Below are positions 36,250 to 48,519 of a DNA stretch of 54,231 bases, one piece after another. The stretch lies in the NCBI RefSeq assembly GCF_004010195.1, contig NC_057718.1:7272110-7326340 (forward strand). The letters are read 5' to 3'. A program made the translations under genes and the position numbers. A model generated the notes under the pieces. That model was not told where the DNA came from, searched no databases, and saw only the letters and a program-made list of their open reading frames with translations. This stretch comes from Chiloscyllium plagiosum (Eukaryota). Within the stretch, counting starts at the first letter, position 1. Each line of letters begins with the position of its first letter.

Positions 36250-36854
36250 TTATTAGATTGCAAAGCTAATAACCAACTCTGAAGCACAGACAATTCAAAC
36301 ATTAAGGCTAATTGCAGAGAAAAATCAAACTTGTTTATCTTTCAATGTCAGATTTGACAGAAAAACAACTTAAACAATATTGGAAATTGGGATCCTCTGT
36401 TATTTTAGTATTTCATACTCGGTCTTTCCTATGTAGTATGAGACCTCATTTGACTGTGTTACAATAGATGTAGCAGGCTCCACACTACATTATTCTGAAT
36501 GAAGTGTTTTCGAAAATAAGGAGATTGTGCTCTTACTGGAATGAAAACTAACCTTCCCATGGAGGGGGGCATGGGGTCAATGATAATTCTACATAATGAG
36601 TAGTGTTCCATGGCTATTGATCAAAAGGATTCAGACAATTGATTGACACAGTATGAACTATCAGTTTCTAGAAACAGAGTACATCATCTCAACCTTGTTA
36701 AGCAGTCCTTGTATATTACAGTCGCCATCAGGGAGTTATCTTCTCCAGATGGAAGATGGACCAGGAAGAGGAGAAAGGAGACCCAGGGCAGAGTTCCCTC
36801 ACACTTCATCTAGAGAATAACTTTAATGAGACCAATACATTTCATGCCAACAGG

Positions 36855-38800
36855 CCTCCACCTCATTGTCCGTGAACCCCATACCACCCAATTCTACCTC
36901 CTACCGAAGATTTACAAACCTGACTGCCCCGGTCGACCCATTGTCTCAGCCCGCTCCTATCCCAGTCAATGTATTGCTGCATACCTTAACACCGTCCTGT
37001 CCCTCTTAGTCCCCCTTAGTCCAAGAACTCTCCACCTACGTTCAGGACACCACCCATGCACTTCACCTCCTCCATGACTTTTGTTTTCCCGGCCCCCAAT
37101 GCCTTATCTTCACCATGGACATCCAGTTCCTGTACACACCGATCCCTCCACCTACGTTCAGGACACCACCCATGCACTTCACCTCCTCCATGACTTGTTT
37201 TCCCGGCCCCCAATGCCTTATCTTCACCATGGACATCCAGTTCCTGTACACACCGATCCATCATGACGAAGGCCTCCAAGCCCTCTGTTCCTTCCTCTCA
37301 CCCTGTCCCAACCAGTACCCTTCCACTAACACCCTCATCCACTGGCTGAACTGGTCCTCACTCCTAAAAACTTCTCCTTCCAATCTTCCCACTTCGTCCA
37401 AACCAAAGGGGTAATCTGCCTCTTTGTTGGGTATGTGGAACAGTTCATTTTCCGCAGCTACACCGGCACCATCCCCCATCTTTTCCTCCGCTACACTGAT
37501 GACTTAGCAGTGCTACCTCGTGCTCCCACGAGGAGGTTGAACAATTCATCAACTTTACTAACAACTTTCACTCTGACCTCAAATTCATTTGGACCATCTC
37601 GGACACCTCCCTCCCCTTCCTGAACCTCTCTATCTCTATCTCCAGTGGTCAACTAACTATGGACATCTACTACAAACCCATCGACTCCCATAGCTACCTG
37701 GACTACATTTCCTCCCACCCTGCATCCTGTAAAACTGCCATCCCTTATTCCCAATTCCTCCGCCTCCCCCGCATTTGTTCCCAAGATGATCAATTCCACC
37801 TCCGAACCTTCCAGATGGCGTCCTTCTTCCACAATCGCAACTTCCCCTCCCACGTGGTTGACGATGCCCTCCAGCGCATCTCCTCCACTTCCAGCACCTC
37901 TGCCCTTGAAACCCACCCCTCCAATCGCAACTAGGACAGAACACTCCCCAGTCCTCACCTTCCACCCCACCATCCTCCATCACTTTTGCCACCTATAAAC
38001 AGACCCCTAGGGATATATTTCCCTCCCCCACCCTATCAGGATTCTGGAGAGACCATTCCCTCTGCGACTCTCTTGTCAGATCCCACCAGCCCAGGCACCA
38101 CTCCTGGAAGCTTCCCCTGTCATGCAGGAAGTGCAAAACCTGTGCCTACTTCTCCCTTCCTCACCTCCATCCAAGGCCCCAAAGGATCCTTCCACATCTG
38201 ACAGAAATTTACCTGTACCTGCACAAATGTCATCTAAAGTATCTGTTGCACCCAATGTGGTCTCCTCTACATCGGGGAGACAGGACGCCAACTTGCAGAT
38301 CATTTCAGAGAACATCTCTGGGACACCCACACCAAACAAGCCCACCGCCCTGTGGCTGAACACTTCAACTCCCCCTCCCACTCCGCCAAGGACATGTAGG
38401 TCCTGGGCCTCCTCTATCGCCAAACACTAACGACCCGACGCCTGGAGGAAGAACACCTCATCTTCCGCCTTTGGACCCTGCAACCACACAGGAGTAATGT
38501 GGATTTCACCAGTTTCCTCATTTCCCCTCAGCCCACCATATCCCAGTCCCAAGCGTCCAACTCGGCCCCACCCTCTTGACCTGTCCATTGTCTATCACAC
38601 ACCCAGCTACCTTCCCTCCAGTTGCACCCCCACCCATTTATCTCTCAGCCCCCACCATCCCACAAGCCTTATTGCTGATGAAGGGCTTATGTCTAAAACA
38701 TTGATTCTCCTGCTCCTTGGATGCTGCCTGACTGGCTGTGCTTTTCCAGCACCACATTCTCAACTGTAATCTCCAGCATCTGCAGTCCTCACTTTCTCCC
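36855..38800 (+). mobile_element. Penelope-like element (family B, Neptune-like), decayed RT and GIY-YIG
   Basis: FYLLPKIYKPDCPGRPIVSA; LRYTDD; DIYYKPIDSHSYLDY.S.HP..CK.AIPYSQFLR; Cys-rich linker and LYIGETGR.L..HFREH; 3' end with a degenerate hammerhead. Confidence 0.93.
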
Positions 38801-39104
38801 ATTCCATGCCAACAGCTTGTTTATCCTCTGCTTCAGTGGCAGTTGTATGGCTTGTTTAACTAATTACCAAAGAATCATATCTAAACTACTGCTTCTTAAG
38901 AAGCACAGCAAACTATCAGAAAATTGTTCCCTGTTGTTGACTGCCTATATAAGGTAACTGTGATCACGAATCCCCAAAATCAACATAATGTATTTGTTGG
39001 CCTTTTGGTAAGGCCAAAGTGGTTGTCATTACTTAAACATTGACCTAAAAGCCAGCAATTCTGGGAAATTTTATTAGAGATAGAACTTAGTCATCAAAAC
39101 AATG

Positions 39105-39590
39105 GAAAGAACTGCTGATGCTGAAATTCAGAATCAAAAGTAGAAACTGCTGGAAAGTCTCAGCAGCTCAGCACAAGCACCTCACTTACCACTTGGGGAA
39201 TCTGCAGCCTTCTGGAGTTGACATTAAATTCAACAATTGTAGGGTTTGAACACCTTTCCCTATGCTTTCTCCCACTCCCCCACACACCAGGCCATGTTAT
39301 TACTCATTGTCAGTCACTAGTTGTCTGCATTAGCATCCGTTCCTTCCTCCAGTCTGACCTTTACCCCCTCCTTTGTCTGTCGAACTGTTCTTCTCTCTCT
39401 CTGGGCTCTATCTCCACCTATCGTTTACTCTCCTCCCCTCCCCCCACCCCATCTTCGATATAAAAACCATCCTTTTCCCAGTTACCATCACTTCTAAGGA
39501 AGGTTCACTGGGCCCGAAACATCTGATTTCTCTCCATAGATGCTGCCAGACCTGCTGAGCTTTTCCAGCGATTTCTGTGTTTTGTTTTAG
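39105..39590. mobile_element. PLE family-D fold-back element (diverged)
   Basis: Left arm gaaactgctggaaagtctcagcag, EN tail, right arm gatgctgccagacctgctgagcttttccagc. Confidence 0.65.
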
Positions 39591-40049
39591 AACTTAGTTA
39601 TGTTGGCTAAAGAATCAAAGAGTCAGATTCAAGGTAAAATAATTCATTTGCTCTTCTGTTTGAATCATCCTAAGTATGCCACATTATCATAGAAACAATT
39701 AATGATGATGGAGCTTGGTTTTGAAAGTTCTTTTACTTGATATATTTGTTTGCTGAAAGAAACAGATAGTGCAGGTTGGAGAAACAGGAAGAGTGGTTTC
39801 GACTGTATATCTCAAGATTGAAAGAGTTAATCAGTTAGGCCTGCACTTAAAGCAGAGAACTTAGGATGTTCATCATTCCCTTAATGGAAAGCTTATGAGG
39901 CTCAAGCCCAAGATGGGTTTCATGAGGGAAAAGCAACTGGATGTGTTGCTCAAACATGAAGCAAGTGAAAGAAAACTACAGTGACCTTTACAGAGCCATG
40001 TGGCAAAAAGAACACAGCCAGCTGAAATAATTAGCTGAGAAAGAGGGGT

Positions 40050-40410
40050 GGCCTTATTGAGGTTTATAAAATCATGAGGGGCATGGATAGGATAAATATC
40101 CTGGGGTAGGGGAGTGCAACCAGAGGGCATGGGTTTAGGGTGAGAGTGGAAAGATATAAAAGAGACCTAAGGGGCAACTTTTTCTTGCGGAAGGTAATAC
40201 ATGTATGGAATGAGCTGCCAGAGGAAGTGGTGGAGGCTGGTACAATTGCAACATTTAAGAGGCATTTGGATGGGTATATGAATAGGAAGGGTTTGGAGGG
40301 ATATGGGCCGGGTGCTGGCAGGTGGAACTAGATTGGGTTGGGATATCTGGTTGGCATGGACGGGTTGGACCGAAGGGTCTGTTTTGGTGCTGTACATCTC
40401 TATGGCTTGA
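40050..40410 (+). mobile_element. CR1/HER1 3' end
   Basis: RDLRGNFF..VWNELPEEVVEAGTIATFKRHLD. Confidence 0.92.
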
Positions 40411-40734
40411 AAGAATCAGTGGTAGCAGACTATGGAAAAGCAGTTGATTTATGTCCAAAGCCAAAGTCCACAATCATGACAAAAATTCAACATTGTTTAG
40501 TCAAGCATCAATGGAAATATAATAATTAGCACCTCAAGGAATTGCTGAAATACTAAGGGCAATTAAAGCAAATTCCAGAGGGCTGTGGCATATGTTGTGG
40601 GTGGATCCCACTGAAAGTAGATGAACCTTCAAGATTTTGTAACATAAGGATACATTTAGGAGGGGAGGGGAGTCAATCCTGAAACTGAGTCATGGAATCA
40701 GTCTTTAGAAACTGAAGTGTTAAGTTAGTGGTAA

Positions 40735-40925
40735 TAAAAGCTAAGTACTGCAAATGCTGGAAATTTTAAGTGAAAGCAGAAAGTGCAGGAGAGAAACAGA
40801 AACAAAGTTAATGTATGACTTATCTTCAAAACTGGATTTGGTTCTTTAATTTTGTTTCGCTGTTCCTCTCTCCAAAGATGTGACTAGACCTGCTGCATTT
40901 CTTCAGCACTTTCCATTTTCAGGTT
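40735..40925. mobile_element. PLE-derived palindromic mini-element (diverged)
   Basis: tgaaagcagaaagtgcaggaga / ttcttcagcactttccattttca; flanked by gttaagttagtggt on both sides (TSD-like). Confidence 0.6.
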
Positions 40926-41237
40926 AAGTTAGTGGTGCTTGGTTGGCTAAATTTTCTTTATATGAACAATAAAATTTGTTAAAGAAAATGTGAAATTGAG
41001 CAGCACAGTTCTGTAAGCTAGTTGTTATAAGTTCTAATTTCTTCCTTAAATGTTAACATTTATTAACAGCGTCGTAAGACTATTTTTTTGAATATGTTCA
41101 TTCACAGTATCTGGGTATTACTGGCTCGGCACCCTTTACTGTTCATCTATAATTGCACTTGAAGAGGTGGTGGTGAGCTGTCTTATTGAACTACTGCAGT
41201 CCTTGCAATATATTTCCATATACATTACAGATTCACG

Positions 41238-41790
41238 CTGCAGCTGTACAAAAGTTTGGTGCGGCTGCACTTGGAGTATTGCTTACAGTTCTGGTCACCG
41301 CATTATAGGAAGGTTGTGGAAGCTTTGGAAAGGGCTCAGAGGATGTTTACTAGAATGTTGCCTGGTATGGAGGGAAGGTCTTAGGAGGAAAGGCTGAGGG
41401 ACTTGAGGCTGTTTTCGTTAGAGAGAAGAAGGTTGAGAGGTGACTTATTGAGACATATAAGTTAATCAGGGGGTTAGATAGGGTGGGCAGTGAGAGCCTT
41501 TTTCCTCGGATGGTGATGGCTTGCACAAGGGGGCATAGCTTTAAAATGAGGGGTGATGGATTTAGGACAGAAATCAGAGGTAGTTTCTTTACACAGATAG
41601 CGGTAGAGGTGTGGAACACCCTGCCTGCAACAGTAGTAGACTCGCCAACTTTAAGGACGTTTAAATGGTCATTGGATAGACACATGGATGAGAAAGGAAT
41701 AGTGTAGGTTAGATGGGCTTCAGCTTGGGTTCACAGGTCAGTGCAACATCGAGGGCTGAAGGGCCTGAACTGCGCTGTAATGTTCTATAA
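41238..41790 (+). mobile_element. CR1 RT C-terminus and 3' end
   Basis: CTRGHSFKMRG..FFTQ..VEVWNTLP. Confidence 0.88.
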
Positions 41791-42439
41791 CCATGAAATG
41801 GAGGAAAACTTGAAATAAAAGAAGTAAATTTGGCTCATTGGTTTCATTCATTCCACATGTCTGTGCACTCTTTCAGCCCTATCCCAAAAGCCATGTAATG
41901 TCCCGCAATCAACTCCTGAAAAAGTCCTTTCTCCATCCTCATGCTCCAAGGGGAAAAGAAGCAAAACTGTAAATATGTGCACCTAACTTGCCATCCAGCG
42001 TCATTTGTTTTTCTCTTTAATCTGGTTGTCACTTGCACTTCCACAGTTCCAGGTGCTTAAGACCTTCCATGTTACATAGGAATTAGGAGTAGGAGTAGGA
42101 CACTCAGCCCCTCAGGTCTGGCTCACCATTTAATGAAAAGAACCAAACTTGACAGCTATCAACCTGCATCTGGAAAGCTGGGACTTATTTGAATACTTAC
42201 TTCTCAAAACTCGTTAATACTTACTTTTCTTTAATTTTGTGATGACACCAGGAATAGCTTGATTCGCAAGGCCGTCACCAGTGAGGGACAACAATTGAAA
42301 AGTTATCTTTCTTTTCTGTGCTCCTGGTCCATCCCCATCATTTAGTAATGCCATCCCTCATGAAGTGTAAGTCACTCAAACAACAAAGCAAGAGTTCTAG
42401 TCAATCAGCTCATTGTTGCTTGTGGGACCTTGGTAAGGA

Positions 42440-42780
42440 TCATAGAATCCCTACAGTGTGGAAGCAGGCCATTCAGCCCATCGAGATCACACTGGTCCTA
42501 CAAAGAGCATCCCACCCAGACCGACTCACCCTACCCTGTAACCTTGCAGTTCCCCTGGCTAATCCACCTAGCCTGCACATGGCTGGATGCTATGGGCCAG
42601 TTAGCATGGCCAATCCACCTAATCTGCACACATCTTTAGACTGTGGGACGAAACCGGAGCATCCAGCGAAAACCCACGCAGAGACGGGGAGAATGTGCAA
42701 ACTCCGTACAGTCACCCGAGGAACTAAACCCAGGTCCCTGATGCAGTGAGGCAGCAGTGCCAACCACTGAGCTACTATGC
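42440..42780 (-). mobile_element. HE1-type V-SINE
   Basis: catagaatccctacagtgtggaagcagg tail through gcagtgccaaccactgagc head. Confidence 0.88.
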
Positions 42781-42879
42781 ATCATACATACGTATTAAGA
42801 CTATGGGAAGAAAATCTGCTGCCATTTGATAATACTGCACTTCTATGATCATCTCCAATTAAATACAATATAGCCACTG

Positions 42880-43582
42880 TCCCTTGACACTCAGTGGTGT
42901 TACCATCACTGAATCCCCCACTATTAACCACCTGGAGATTACCAATGAACAAAAACTCAATTGCACTCACCATATAAACACAGTGATTTCTAGAGCAGGT
43001 CAGATACTAGGAATAATGCAGCGAGTAACTCAGCTCCTGACCTCCAAAGCCTGTCCACCATCCACAAGGCACAAGTCAGGAGTGTGATGGATTACTCCCC
43101 AATTGCCTAGATGGGCTTAGCTCCAACAACATTCAAGGAGCTTGACACCATCCAGGACAAAGCAACCCACTTGATTGGAACCACATCCACAACATCCAGT
43201 CCCTCTACCACCGACACTCAGTAGCAGCAATGTGTACTATCAACAAGACGCACTGCAGAAATTCATCAAAGATCCTGAGACAGCACCTTCTAAACCACGT
43301 CCACTTCCATCTAGAAGGACAAGGGCAACAGATACATGGGAACACTACCCCCTGTAAGTTCCATCCAACCCACACACCATCCTGAGTTGGAAATATGTCA
43401 ACTGTTGCTGGGTCAAAATCCTGGAATTCCCTCCCTAAGGGCATTGTTGGTCTACCTACAGGACATGGACTGCAGCAGTACAAGAAGGAAGCTCACCACC
43501 ACCTTCTCAAGGGGCAAATAGGGATAAGCAAGAAACGTTGGCCCAACCAGAGATGCCCACAACCCAAGAGTGAATAAAAAAA
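42880..43582 (+). mobile_element. CR1/L2-group LINE 3' end (apparent partner of SINE family 2)
   Basis: RAGQILGIMQRV...KAQVRSVMDYSP RT-thumb-like sequence and WNSLP; tail gggcaaatagggataagcaa...gatgcccacaaccc...gaataaaaaaa shared with SINE family 2. Confidence 0.8.
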
Positions 43583-44100
43583 GACTTGATCCCAGTGCTA
43601 GGCTCAGCATTTACATACTCATTTACCTGACTTTTATTATAAAGAAAGGAATCCTTACTTAGTTTATGCAATCTCTCCCTTTTTTTCAACTCCCTCCAGA
43701 AAACAGTTGTGGATAATAAATGTGCCCCCTCTGTATTCTGCCTTGCAGTCTGCTCTCCCTGTGGGCTTCCAGTGTTGTTTATGTACCTGGTGCCCTCTGC
43801 CCTCAGACCGAACATCAAGCTGCCTTTTCCATTATTGTTTCTCTTTTCTTCAACCAAACCCCTGCTCCACCCCACTCCCACACTCCACCTCCCCACAGAG
43901 CAATGCTCCCCTGATCTCTCAGGGATATTAACAGGTTATTTATTGTTCAGTCTCTACAGTGAAAGTTACTTCCGCTAAACATTTTGATTCCCAGTGAGGG
44001 TATGATGGTGTCATGGTGACATCGCTGGCAGCAGTAGACCGGAACCCTGAGTTAATTAACCCAGATGGAAATGAACAAAAGTTCAAACACCTGAAGAAAA

Positions 44101-44194
44101 AAAATTGTGAAGGGCTTTGGAGAAAGTTCATGGGAAGGTGCTAATTTAGTTGTGTCTCTTCCCGTGAACTTTCTCCAAAGCCCTTCACAATTTT
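44101..44194. repeat. 37-bp inverted repeat with a 20-nt loop
   Basis: 44101-44137 versus 44158-44194; one mismatch. Confidence 0.92.
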
Positions 44195-44554
44195 GACCAC
44201 GTTAAATTACCCATAGTGTTAGGTGCTTTAGTCATAGGGAAATGGGTCTGGGTGGGTTACTCTTCGGAGGGTCGGTGTGGACTTGTTGGGCTGAATGGCC
44301 TGTTTCCATGCAGCAGATAATCTAATCTAAGTCCCAGACCATTATCTGGACCTTTCGATTAACAGTCCAGTGAAATCCCACAAGGTCATCATCTCCCAAT
44401 TTGAATGCAGTAGTAGAGGAATAACATTATTTCTTGAGAAGTTATCATTCTGATCTTACAGTGTTGAACTACGTATCTTGGATAACAGGAATGAAAAATC
44501 TAATGGGGTTTCCAGTTGACACAAAGAAAGAATGTGCATCTGTGTGGTAAATAT

Positions 44555-44910
44555 AAAACAAAGAATTGCAGCTGCTGAAAATCTGCAACAAAAGTGGAAA
44601 TTGCTGGAGAAACTCAGCAGGTCTGGCACCAACTGTTTAGAGAGAAAGCAGAGGTAAGGTTTCCAGTCCAGTGATTCCTCCTCACATTAAACATAAACAG
44701 TAATAGCAGGGCACCAATGTCAAGGATGATCATAGCACCTCTTAAGATTCAAACACAAATACTTCCAGAAATGTGAATGTGCAGTGGTCAATGAATAAGG
44801 GTTAGGAATGGGAAGAGGAAGGGTCACTGGAGTTGAGAAACTTTGACTCTGCTTTCCCTCCATGGATGCTGCCAGACCTGTTGTGTTTCGCCAGCAATTT
44901 CTAAACTTGT
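44555..44910. mobile_element. PLE-derived palindromic element
   Basis: gaaattgctggagaaactcagcaggtctggca / tgccagacctgttgtgtttcgccagcaatttc. Confidence 0.7.
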
Positions 44911-45279
44911 TTGCATTTGTATATCCTTAGTATGCCCCAAAAAGGCTTCACACAACCAAAGAAATACACGTGTAGTTATTGTGCGCAGAAGATCCCACAA
45001 ATGCAGATGAATTGACTGGTCAGTAAACCCACCTGCAGGTTGGGTTGCAAAGACATGGGGTGGAGGTCAGATTAAGCTGAGCTGAGGTGCTTTACAAGTG
45101 GAATCATATTCAAGTAATTTTTATTCTATCCAACTTCCTGGTCCATGTCCATCTCCAAAAGGAGCAAATCTAATCATCTCCCTTGACATTCAGTAAGATT
45201 ACCAGATCAAAATCACACACTGTCTGTATAGTAGGCTACCATTTGCTATATCTTCAGATATCAGCACTGCCTGCATCTA

Positions 45280-45910
45280 CATAGGAACAGGTCATTCAGC
45301 CCCTCAAACCTGCTCTACCATTCAATGAGATCTTGGCTGATCCGTGGCCTAACTCTATATACCTGCCTTTTGACAATATCCCTTAATATGTTTGCTTTAA
45401 ACAAGTTGATCTATCTCAGATTTAAAATCAACAACTGATCTAATATCAGCTGCCATTTGCAGAAGAGAGTTCCAACCCTCGACCAGCCTTTGTGTAGAAG
45501 TACTTCCCAATAACTCTCCAGATCATCTCACCCTAATTCTTAGGCTATGGGCCCTAATTCTCAGGCTATGGGCCCTAATGCTAGAATCTACAGCTTGTGG
45601 GAACAGTTTATCTATCTATATGTCTTGATATCTTGAAGATATCTTGAAGATTTTGATCAGATCACCCCTTAATCTTCTAAATCCTTGAGAAAACAGGCCT
45701 AATTTGTATAATCTCGTCTTGTTACTTAACCCCTGAAGTCTATGTATCATTCTTGTAAACCTAAATTGTACTTCCTCCAAGGCCAATATATCCTTCCTAA
45801 GGTGTGGTGCCTAGATCTGCTGATAGTATTCCAAGTGGGATCTAACCAGGGTTTTGTATAACTACAGCATAACTTCTACATCCTTAAACTCCAGCCATTT
45901 GGATATAAAG
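45280..45910 (-). mobile_element. CR1 RT C-terminus and 3' end
   Basis: Reverse complement of a CR1 3' UTR and the accctggttagatcccacttggaatac motif (LVR.HLEY). Confidence 0.8.
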
Positions 45911-46684
45911 GCTGCTTTGTGGTGTGGAATCATGTGGGATACCTGGTTTCGAATAATGACCACCAATCCTTCTTATTTGTATTAGGCAGGATGGACATAC
46001 AAAGCCATTAGCAGAAGATTAACTCAGTCTTGATAAACAGAATACATTGATCACGTTGGTACTTAATAGCTAGTTATGCGACATGTGAGTTGCATGAGAA
46101 TCTTTGCTAAGTCTTCAGTCTAGACCTAAGAGTAAGTACACACATAACTGCAACTGATACATTCTAGTACACAATGTAGCGATGACTAAACATTTGGAAT
46201 ACAATGGTTACTCTCTCTCAAGAACAATCCATTATATCCTGATGGATAGAGCTTATCCCATAATCACTGCTAACCGCTTTCAGGTACTAACTGTCTTATG
46301 CAACACCTGCCCACAATGGGAATAAAGAATCAATCTCCTCAAACTCTCCTCATAATTCTTTGCCACATCCTGCAAATTAGTCTGGTGAACTTTTGCTGCA
46401 CTGCCTACATGGTTAGTACATCTCACCTTAGATACAAAACCGTACACCATATTCCAGGTGAAGTCCTACCTCTGCTCTGTATAACTGCAGCAAGATATCT
46501 TTACTCCTGAACTCAAGTCATCTTGCAATAAAGACCAACCAATTTGCCTTCCTGACTGCTTGGGTGATTCCTGTATCCTAATCTTTAATGACTGATGGAC
46601 ACCAATACTTCCCAAACCCTCACCATTTAAGAAATATTCTGCCTTGCAGAGTTTTTCCACCAAAGTGGATAAATTCAAACTTAT

Positions 46685-46975
46685 TTGATTACCTACAGTA
46701 TGGAAACAGGCTCTTCAGCACAACAAGCCCACCACTGACCCGCCAAAGAGTAACCCACTCAGACCCATTCCTCTACCTTATATTTACCCTTGACTAATGC
46801 ACCTAACACTATGGGCAATTTAGCCTCGCCAGTTCACCTGACCTGCGCATCTTTGGATTGTGGGAGGAACAACTAGTGGGGACCCGCACAGACAGTCACC
46901 CAAGGCAGGGATTGAACCCGGGTCCCTGACACTGTGATGTGGCAGTGCTAACCATTGAGCCACTATGCCACCCTT
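46685..46975 (-). mobile_element. HE1-type V-SINE
   Basis: ggaaacagg tail through gcagtgctaaccattgagccac head. Confidence 0.85.
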
Positions 46976-47421
46976 ATAAGGAGCACATTCCATCTGCCAT
47001 GTGGATTTAGCACCTACCCTTGCAGTATCTTTCTAGTAACAGCCTATCATCCTGAGATGAATCCACTTATTCCTATTCTCCGCTGTCTTTCTGTAGACCC
47101 ATTCTCAGTCTTCTACATTGCTACTTTTCCCCCAATCCCTTGCACTCTAATTTTATTTATGAACTTCCTGTATGGGGCTTGAACAAAAGTCTATAGGAAA
47201 TCCATATACACCACATGTGCTAGTTCTCCTTTAACAATATATAAATAATATCCTCAAAAAACTCCATCAAGCTTTTTAGAAATGATTTCCCTTTCATTAA
47301 ACTAAATTGGCTCTATGTCCAATTTTACGATTATGTTCTAAATGTCCAGTTGCTACATTCTAATAGATCTTATTATTTGCCCTACTGCTAGTGTCAGACT
47401 AACAGGTCTCCAGTCTCCAGT

Positions 47422-48519
47422 CTCTTGTAGTGAATTCTCCGTTCGGTGTTCTCTGTACCATCACGTCTAGGAATGGGAGTTGGCTATCCTTTTCTTCTTC
47501 TCTCGTGAATCGGATTCCTGTGAGTGTGGCGGAAATAGAAAAAACACACCGGATCATCAACGCCACACTCACAGGAATCCGATTCACGAGAGAAGAAGAA
47601 AAGGATAGCCAACTCCCATTCCTAGACGTGATGGTACAGAGAACACCGAACGGAGAATTCACTACAAGAGTATACAGGAAAGGCACACACACAGACCAAG
47701 TCCTAAACTATGAAAGTAACCACCCCAACACACACAAACAACGCTGCATCAGGACACTATTCAACGGGCCACAACACACTGCAGCACACCAGGACTGCAA
47801 AAAGATGAAGAGGAACACCTATACAAGGTATTAGCCAAAAACGGATACCCGCGTAACTTCATCAACAGATGCCTAAGAGAAAGACCACGGAACGAGGACA
47901 TACCACAACCAAAAGGACTAGCCACACTACCATACATCAGGAGCATCTCGGAACTGACTGCCAGACTACTGCGACCCCTAGGACTCATAACGGCATACAA
48001 ACCAACAGCCACGCTCAGACAACAACTCACCAGAACGAACGACCCGATACCCAACATGAGCAAAACGAATGTAGTGTACAAAATACCATGCAAGGACTGC
48101 ACAAAACACGATATAGGACAAACAGGAAGACAGCTAACAATCCGCATACATGAACATCAACTAGCCACGAAACGACACGACCAGCTATCCTTAGCAGACA
48201 ACAAGCAACATGAATTCGACTGGGAAAACACTACTATCATAGGGCAAGCCAAACAGAGAACAGCCAGGGAATTCCTAGAGGCATGGCATTCACCAAAAAA
48301 TCCATCAACAAACACATTGACCTGGACCCAATATACCAACCACTACAGCGGACAGCTGAAACTGACAACCGGAAGCGGCAGGGACAGACCACTATAAACA
48401 CCGGAGGAAACATCAAAGAAGCGCTTCGCAGGAGGCTCCCAAGCACTGATGATGTCGCCTAGTCAGGGGACGAAACGTTTGCAACAAAAACTTCCAGCTC
48501 GGCAAACAGAACCACAACA
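47422..48519 (+). mobile_element. Young Penelope-like element (family A), 5'-truncated, with a perfect 110-bp fold-back at the 5' end
   Basis: IRFTREEEKDSQLPFLDVMV..VYRK.THTDQVLNYESNHP; NVVYKIPCKDCTKHDIGQTGRQLTIRIHEH; inverted repeat 47422-47531 / 47561-47670. Confidence 0.95.
48443..48482 (+). ncRNA. Minimal type-I hammerhead ribozyme motif (PLE family A)
   Basis: gca CUGAUGA u gucgccu-aguc-aggggac GAAAC GUU ugc. Confidence 0.82.

Noticed and set aside
38864..38950. Minus-strand ...DMIL-TG|GTAATT, right phase for the upstream AIG1 exon
   Set aside because: Translation (AVNNREQFSDSLLCFLRSSSLDMILW) has no AIG1 similarity and is too short.
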